From Adhaeribacter aerolatus (lineage in GTDB: Bacteria; Bacteroidota; Bacteroidia; Cytophagales; Hymenobacteraceae): a stretch of DNA of 32,000 nucleotides. Position numbers and translations under genes: made by a program. Positions within the stretch are counted from its first letter, which is position 1, and every line of letters begins with the position of its first letter. The notes under the pieces were generated by a model. The model was not told where the DNA came from, did no database searches, and saw only the letters and a program-made list of their open reading frames with translations. Shown in pieces: positions 26,507 to 32,000 of the stretch. The stretch is taken from positions 88,880-120,879 of the forward strand of contig NZ_BJYS01000024.1 in assembly GCF_007991635.1 (NCBI RefSeq). Reading direction: 5' to 3'.

Positions 26507-27162
26507 AAATAAGCTTCTCTCTCTGTTTTATTTACAAAGCATGCTTCTAAAAACCAAAGGTCTCCAGCAGTCACAAAGAATTTCCAAAAGGAAGAAGAAA
26601 TATTTTCTGGTTTTCTAAGTTGGTTTCTACTCAAAAAACCTGCATCCTTCAGCATGGTCATGAACACCGAAATAATCTTATTCCGGGAGTTATCTGTCCA
26701 TCCAGCCACAGTAGCATCTTGGGAAACAATTTCATCCAAGCGCATTTGTAAATCGAACTTTTCCAGGTGGTAATCCAAAGTTCGCCACTTTTTAAGAACT
26801 ACCTCAAAATGAAAATTTAATAATAATGGGTAAGTCTTAAGAATTATGTAATACAAAGCTAACCTTTGCTCCTTTTCCTCTAATCCCTCAAAATAGAACC
26901 AAAACTCCCTGTCTACTGAACCTGCCCTATTCCTTAACTCGTTCGCAATTCTGGCCCTGGAAGCCTGAGCATTGATTTTTAGAAGTAGGTTTTCTTTTAC
27001 TTCTTTTTCTAAAAGCTCTTTGAAGGAGGGTTCTTTAAGTAGGGGTAGAACAGCCCTAAATTCATTAAATAGCAATGCTCCACCCATAAACGAGGCATTG
27101 TATTTAGGTTTTGGTGCTGGTTTGTTATTCAAGGGTCGGCGTAAATGCAAATTCTCACCCAA
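26503..27162 (-). CDS. brxA: BREX BrxA (DUF1819); start codon uncertain (TTG at 27162; first ATG is codon 26)
   Basis: About 200-219 aa and the first gene of the operon. 'YNASFMGGALLFNEFRAVLPLL' fits the recalled BrxA N-terminal pattern and lies upstream of the first ATG. This argues for a non-ATG start. Confidence 0.75.
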   Translation of the reverse strand: MGENLHLRRPLNNKPAPKPKYNASFMGGALLFNEFRAVLPLLKEPSFKELLEKEVKENLLLKINAQASRARIANELRNRAGSVDREFWFYFEGLEEKEQRLALYYIILKTYPLLLNFHFEVVLKKWRTLDYHLEKFDLQMRLDEIVSQDATVAGWTDNSRNKIISVFMTMLKDAGFLSRNQLRKPENISSSFWKFFVTAGDLWFLEACFVNKTEREAYL

Positions 27163-27704
27163 TAAATTAATATTTCCTGTAATAACAAAGCTTTTAATTT
27201 ATGCGATAGCGCTTTAAAGCTAAACAAAATATTTTATAGTTTATTATAATATATATTTTATTTAATATACTAAAATTAAGCTTTTGTTTCTCAGTAGTTT
27301 ATTAATTTACATGAAGGACAACATGGTTTAAAAGCTTTATTTAAGTAAACCAGAGAAGATTTATTCGAAAGTCACAATAGTTATTTGTTTAAATCTTTAT
27401 AATCAGACTGTAGGATTATATCCAGAACTTACCAGTTGCCGAGCATTAATTTAGAGGGATAGGCTCATTACTGAAAGCTGTAGAACCTAAAATATAGGTA
27501 TTGCCATCATCAGAGATATTACGCTTAAAAGCACCAGCATTATTGAAAACTACGCAAATTATGGAGTATCTAATAGACGTATTTTCCAAACCCAGGATTC
27601 GTTCCTGAAGAGAAACTACCATCCACGCTAAGTTCTAACCTACTCGGTTACTACCCAGATTTACCTGTTAAGACATTTTCAGGAAGTATATGGAATATTA
27701 AAAA

Positions 27705-28058
27705 TTATTGTTTTGGATGAGGAGTGTAAAATATTTTTGCATAATAGGCTGGAGGAACTTCTAAAGGCTTTGCCTCATGCTTTTGTGGATATTTACTCTC
27801 TTTTGAAGCATTCAAATAACTTTCAAACTCGTATTTAAAGCAACTTATGTGCTCCTGGGTAACTATAGAAAGTAGAGAAGCATTTTTATTTTTCTTCCTT
27901 ATTAACTTTAGAATAATATGCTTTTCAAACCCCATAAAGTCTGCTGCTTCTAAAACGGTCATACCTATTAAGATTTTTAAATATTCTGGTAAGGATGGTT
28001 CTTCAGGTACTATTTCCCTTCTTTTGCGGATTCTTTTTATCTTCTTTTTTGCTGGCAT
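27705..28058 (-). CDS. Small basic HTH protein (HTH_17 / excisionase-like)
   Basis: 117 aa. It has a Lys/Arg-rich N-terminus, and 'MTVLEAADFMGFEKHIILKLIRK' resembles the HTH_17 pattern lt..EaA..lgvs..tlyrlir. Same orientation as BREX, about 540 bp upstream of brxA. Confidence 0.45.
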   Translation of the reverse strand: MPAKKKIKRIRKRREIVPEEPSLPEYLKILIGMTVLEAADFMGFEKHIILKLIRKKNKNASLLSIVTQEHISCFKYEFESYLNASKESKYPQKHEAKPLEVPPAYYAKIFYTPHPKQ

Positions 28059-28317
28059 AAAATATTTTGCTATTCACCCAATTCTTCAAAAGGTAGGGCA
28101 TAGGTTATAAATGATCTTTTCCTTAAATATATTTAATATATTAGGAAAAACTAATATCATGTTTTATTTTTCGATGCCCAATGCATAAAGCTTATGACAT
28201 CAATAGGGCATAATAGTTCGAATAAAATTTTAAACGTGAACTGCTCCATTAACGAATATACAAAGGCCCGTTCTTTTAGCCTCCTTCGCCCTGACAATTA
28301 GGTTTATTTCTCTTAAT

Positions 28318-28989
28318 ATGACTTTTCTTAAAATAACAGATTTAACCTATGAATCGGTAACCGATAGCTTTTATCAGATTGCACAAAGACTTTTTGCCGA
28401 TTACGTTCTGAAGGTTAATGAGCACCTTTACCGGCTTTTGGACATCGAGTTCTACTATTATGCCCCTGGTCGCTTTGAGGATGTATACGCCCACCTGCAC
28501 AAACATCAGCTCCAAAACGGCAAGTGGTACTTCCATGGCTCCGGCATCGATATCACCTTCGGGAACGGCATCAACCATGGGGGCATCCTGATCCGTGCCA
28601 TCGGCCGGCTGACGGGAGAGGCCCATGCCCGTAATAACATCCAAAAGGATATCCATGGGCCTCTAAACGTAAAAACGGAGATATGCTCCCATCTCCATGG
28701 GGTGTTCGACCAGCAGCCCAACGTGTTTCACCTGGAAGATGTCAGCAGGAAGCGAAAGGAGGCCGGCATGGTGGTGCCGGAATATATTGTCAAGACGAAA
28801 CGCATCGGCTTAAACCCTTCGAAGGATGAGTTGGAGCAGCGCTTCTGCAATGGCAAGTTTCGTTATGTCATTTTCCCCTACTTGAAACTAAAGGATAAAA
28901 CAACCATTGCCCATGATATGCTCGCCCAGTTTCCCGTACTCGGGAAAGAGGGTGTAAACAAGGAGCTCGGCTCCATCTTCCTGAAATAA
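28318..28989 (+). CDS. Hypothetical protein with AAG/Mpg (3-methyladenine DNA glycosylase)-like motif order
   Basis: 223 aa, about 50% GC. 'IAQRLFADYVLKV...LLDIEFYYYAPGRFEDVYAHLHK...GKWYFHGSGIDITFG...GGILIRAI' parallels the recalled Pur_DNA_glyco pattern LLGk.Lv...ivEtEAY.g..D.AsHa...G..YvY..YG...clNvv...avLiRa. Confidence 0.5.
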   Translation: MTFLKITDLTYESVTDSFYQIAQRLFADYVLKVNEHLYRLLDIEFYYYAPGRFEDVYAHLHKHQLQNGKWYFHGSGIDITFGNGINHGGILIRAIGRLTGEAHARNNIQKDIHGPLNVKTEICSHLHGVFDQQPNVFHLEDVSRKRKEAGMVVPEYIVKTKRIGLNPSKDELEQRFCNGKFRYVIFPYLKLKDKTTIAHDMLAQFPVLGKEGVNKELGSIFLK

Positions 28990-29007
28990 AGAAACATTAC
29001 CTCCTAA

Positions 29008-29640
29008 ATGAGTTTTCAATCCATCGCCGACTACATCAATAACCATTCGGAAGCAATAGTAAACAATCTGGAGCCCGAAAGCATTGCGGTATACAAATAC
29101 CTGAAAAGCGAATTTCATCGCACCAACGTGGCTGAGAACCTCGTCTTTCAGTTTCTCTACCGAAGCTTCTACCGGCTCGACAATGCCGGGTTAAGCCCTC
29201 ACTTTAAGAACGAGTACTTCAAAATTCTGGAAGAGGAAAAAGGCCGGGATGCGCATGACATAGCAACCATCCTTCGCAGGCTCTACGGCTTTAAAAACAG
29301 GAAGGACCAGAACAGCCTTCAGTTTTCCTTCGCCACGAAGCTGCTGAACACAATCGATAACGACCTTCCTATTTATGACAGCGAAGTAGCCAGGGTGTTC
29401 GGTTACGCCAGGCCATACCAGACCAACTTCGAGGCAAAGCTGGCAGCCTACCAGAACCAGTTGCAGCACATAACGGATGTTTATAAAACAATCGTCAAGG
29501 AGGGGTTGATTGAACCGGCACTTACCTGCTTTGACCTTAAATTCAAGGAGCATGGCCTGCCGGAAATGAAGCGAATGGACTTCCTCTTTTGGTCCGCAGG
29601 AAAGCTCATGAAAAGGGCTCCGGTAAGTGAGCTGGTGTAA
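29008..29640 (+). CDS. Hypothetical protein (210 aa), co-directional with 28318..28989
   Basis: An 18-nt gap from the upstream gene suggests an operon, and the GC content is the same. 'LQFSFATKLLNTIDNDLPIYDSEV' faintly recalls HhH/OGG-fold glycosylase helices. I cannot support that call from memory alone. Confidence 0.5.
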   Translation: MSFQSIADYINNHSEAIVNNLEPESIAVYKYLKSEFHRTNVAENLVFQFLYRSFYRLDNAGLSPHFKNEYFKILEEEKGRDAHDIATILRRLYGFKNRKDQNSLQFSFATKLLNTIDNDLPIYDSEVARVFGYARPYQTNFEAKLAAYQNQLQHITDVYKTIVKEGLIEPALTCFDLKFKEHGLPEMKRMDFLFWSAGKLMKRAPVSELV

Positions 29641-29955
29641 AGGCCTGGGAACTTCCCGTATGCAACCACTTAAAGCCCTTGCCGCATAGTAACCGACCGA
29701 GAAACCAACTTCGCCTTTAGCTGCCGAAAGGTGGTAGCACCTGCTCACAGATACAGAGAAAACAGAACTGGAAGCGCCATTTTGCTTCAGGCCCCAGCTC
29801 TCCCCCGTTGTGCTGGACGACGACAACCTGGTCCGCTCCCTTAGGGATTTGATTATCCTTAATTTTTAGTTAGCCAAATATTTCGTTTAAGATATTTGTA
29901 ATATTGCTATTATAATTATCTTGCTAATTAAATATACCTTCTAAATTTTCTGCAA

Positions 29956-30426
29956 TTGGAGTCTACAGCGCCTGAAAAGCTATTTAAAAGTTGTATGTTC
30001 ATTATCCGCCAAAGTAACTCTACCGAGCAGGATATCCTGGATGAGTTTAATAATCTTATTAAGAAACAGAAAAGGGAAAGATTAGAGAACGGGAAGTTAC
30101 TTTTAACCATTTACGGGACCTTTTTTAAAGCTACATTTAGTTTAGACATCACTACTAAAACTATGAAAATGCTGACTGTTGAAACTCGCAAAGAAGCCTT
30201 TCTGGAGATGCGTTCTTATGCTAGAGCAATGCAGTTACGAATGTATGAAGACTTCCACAATGTTTACAGGGACGTTAGGACAGAGTGGAAAAAAAGTTTT
30301 ATACCTGGAAAGCAGGAATTTATACTAAAACAATTTATGGATGAACCACCATTCGAAATTGTGGTTAGCTTCAATAATATATTTGGCTATTGTACTGTAA
30401 TCTTCGGTCAACGCAAGCTTAGCTAA
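29956..30426 (+). CDS. Hypothetical protein; likely true start is the ATG at 29995 (143 aa)
   Basis: The ORF-track start is TTG and the first ATG is at 29995..29997. AT-rich, with no recognisable motif. Confidence 0.4.
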   Translation: MESTAPEKLFKSCMFIIRQSNSTEQDILDEFNNLIKKQKRERLENGKLLLTIYGTFFKATFSLDITTKTMKMLTVETRKEAFLEMRSYARAMQLRMYEDFHNVYRDVRTEWKKSFIPGKQEFILKQFMDEPPFEIVVSFNNIFGYCTVIFGQRKLS

Positions 30427-30440
30427 CCTTATTCACCTCA

Positions 30441-32000
30441 TTAGGTAGCGTAGTTTTTACTTAGAAGCTGCTCAAATTGAAGGTCTTTTATATATAAACA
30501 TCCTGCATCAGTAACAGTTTCTTCTTCAAAGAAATATTTACCTCCGCTTATAAAAATAGATGTACTAAAAACATCAAAGGATGAAATGTCATACAAAGTC
30601 GTATTAAAGTCTAAAAGAACTATTGAGTTTTTATTCTCTATTAAATAATATTTCTGAGGAATAAAAAAGTTTCTTTGCATAATTTCAACTGAAGTAAAAT
30701 CTTCAGAAAATATCAAGGAGCTAAATTCATTAAAATCACAATACTCAATTTTGAACTTATTTTCTCTACTCTCCAATTCATTTATTTTTAATTCATCTTT
30801 GATAATTTGGCTTTGGCATCCTAGAGATTCATATTCTTTATCAGATAAACTTTTTTTAAGCTTATGGAAGATTTCTTGTCTTAACCATAGAAAGTCTTTA
30901 GACTTTCCGTATTTGTTAGCATTGTCAATATCTTGGAAAGCCATAAAATTTTTGTTATTCTTCAAAGAATCTATCGCTTTTACATAAAAAAGCCAAGGGT
31001 TATTGGTTTGGTATGCATCAATTCTGCTAAGGATCGTTTTTGTATTTCCTTCATCATACAGGCCTTGATATATCATCAAAGCTTTAAATAGTAAATATGG
31101 AGAATCAGAATCAATCCTCAATGCCAAATCAATGTGCTTTTTTGCTGATTCACTTTCTCCAACAGAAGAGTAAGCATTAGCTAATTCTATATGACACAAA
31201 GCATGGTTTGGGTACTTGCTTAAAATAGCTACAAGATTCTCAATTACACTTTTTCTGTCAAAACACGCATATTCATCGTACATGTCGGCGAACAAATAAG
31301 CGACTTCCTTATATATTTCAGCTAATACATTGTTAGGATCAATCTTTAAAGCCAATTCAAAAAGTTTTTTCGACACTATATAGTCTTCCCATTTTATTGT
31401 TTCGAAAGTTGGAAAGAATTCATTTTTAAAATTAAAATAACCGTCAAGTACTGTTTGTTTTGGAATTCCAAATAGGTTCTTGGAGTTTAAAATATAAAAT
31501 CCTATATTAAACAGTTGCTGAGATTGATAATTAACTTCTCTGCCCAGTTCATTTTGAAGAATCTGAGCAATTTTACTTTCTACTCTGTTTATTACATCGT
31601 CTAAAGTATTATTGATAATTTTTGAAGCTTCTAATGCTTTTTCAGTAGGATTAAATTTTTCATTTACTTTTCTTATTAGATATTTTATTTTATAACTATC
31701 TGTTTTAATTTCTTCCAATGAGCTTTTTTCACTTGTGGAGTCAATTCTTTGATTGAAGCCGTGAACATCATTTATAAATAAAGCAACAGCTGCAAAAGTG
31801 TACTGGTTACAAACATGCTGATGTTGAGGGGAGCTAGGCTTTTGAAGGTTTGGGAAATTTTCAAAAATTGTTACTTTACTAATTAAAGATTCAAATTCAT
31901 AAATCCTCTGTTTGAAATTAAGCTTCTGTGCATTGGCAAATATCTCTTTGAGTCCGTGGAGATTTTTTACTAAAAAGCTCGTTATGAATTCTTGCTCCAT
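30441..32000 (-). CDS. TPR-repeat protein (at least 519 aa); the ATG lies exactly at the window edge, so the N-terminus may extend beyond it
   Basis: Segments such as 'LFELALKIDPNNVLAEIYKEVAYLF' and 'HIELANAYSSVGESESAKKHIDLALRIDSDSPYLLFKALMIY' are TPR-like. GC is about 28-30%. Confidence 0.6.
   Translation of the reverse strand: MEQEFITSFLVKNLHGLKEIFANAQKLNFKQRIYEFESLISKVTIFENFPNLQKPSSPQHQHVCNQYTFAAVALFINDVHGFNQRIDSTSEKSSLEEIKTDSYKIKYLIRKVNEKFNPTEKALEASKIINNTLDDVINRVESKIAQILQNELGREVNYQSQQLFNIGFYILNSKNLFGIPKQTVLDGYFNFKNEFFPTFETIKWEDYIVSKKLFELALKIDPNNVLAEIYKEVAYLFADMYDEYACFDRKSVIENLVAILSKYPNHALCHIELANAYSSVGESESAKKHIDLALRIDSDSPYLLFKALMIYQGLYDEGNTKTILSRIDAYQTNNPWLFYVKAIDSLKNNKNFMAFQDIDNANKYGKSKDFLWLRQEIFHKLKKSLSDKEYESLGCQSQIIKDELKINELESRENKFKIEYCDFNEFSSLIFSEDFTSVEIMQRNFFIPQKYYLIENKNSIVLLDFNTTLYDISSFDVFSTSIFISGGKYFFEEETVTDAGCLYIKDLQFEQLLSKNYAT

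Noticed and set aside
29191-29826. 211-aa minus-strand ORF overlapping 29008..29640 (plus 29481..29669, 28342..28656, 28506..28721 and 28888..29118)
   Set aside because: These are shadow ORFs typical of the GC-richer segment. The plus-strand ORFs have more protein-like composition and are arranged as a tight operon. However, the 29641..29826 tail is not explained by any plus-strand gene.
1-32000. tRNA, rRNA, tmRNA or RNase P genes, or a tyrosine integrase / transposase marking island ends
   Set aside because: I scanned for T-loop-like GGTTCGAATCC-type motifs and the conserved RNase P / tmRNA blocks I remember and found none. No integrase- or transposase-like ORF is in the track. The absence is by eye only.

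Overview
This 32 kb window reads as a mosaic defence island, probably from a Bacteroidota-like genome (a weak inference from composition and gene content). All protein calls come from motifs read in the supplied translations and recalled family signatures; no searches were run. The centrepiece is a complete six-gene type 1 BREX operon on the minus strand: brxA, brxB, brxC, pglX, pglZ and brxL (14109..27162). It has two unusual features. First, the BrxL C-terminus is not Lon-protease-like; it closely matches the PLD-fold MIT_C domain of eukaryotic MITD1. Second, pglX has a sharp drop in GC starting right after its NPPY motif, which suggests the specificity region was exchanged. Around BREX sit these elements:
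- a convergent, 3'-overlapping AbiEii/AbiEi pair with duplicated palindromic operators;
- a small serine recombinase next to a 42-bp near-perfect palindrome and a degenerate array of units of about 95-115 bp (one about 200 bp) that recurs 2.6 kb away;
- a translationally coupled pair encoding a Panacea (DUF4065)-like protein and a 650-aa protein with three C-terminal TM helices. This is my best candidate for an undescribed toxin-antitoxin or abortive-infection module;
- a NucA-type DRGH endonuclease lipoprotein gene broken by one in-frame TAA;
- a 575-aa protein with an Mrr-like PD-(D/E)xK C-terminal domain directly downstream of brxL;
- a GC-rich gene pair whose first member has an AAG/Mpg-glycosylase-like motif order.
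GC content alternates between about 25-33% and 45-55% in blocks, which suggests repeated independent acquisitions. I found no rRNA, tRNA, CRISPR array, transposase or tyrosine integrase.
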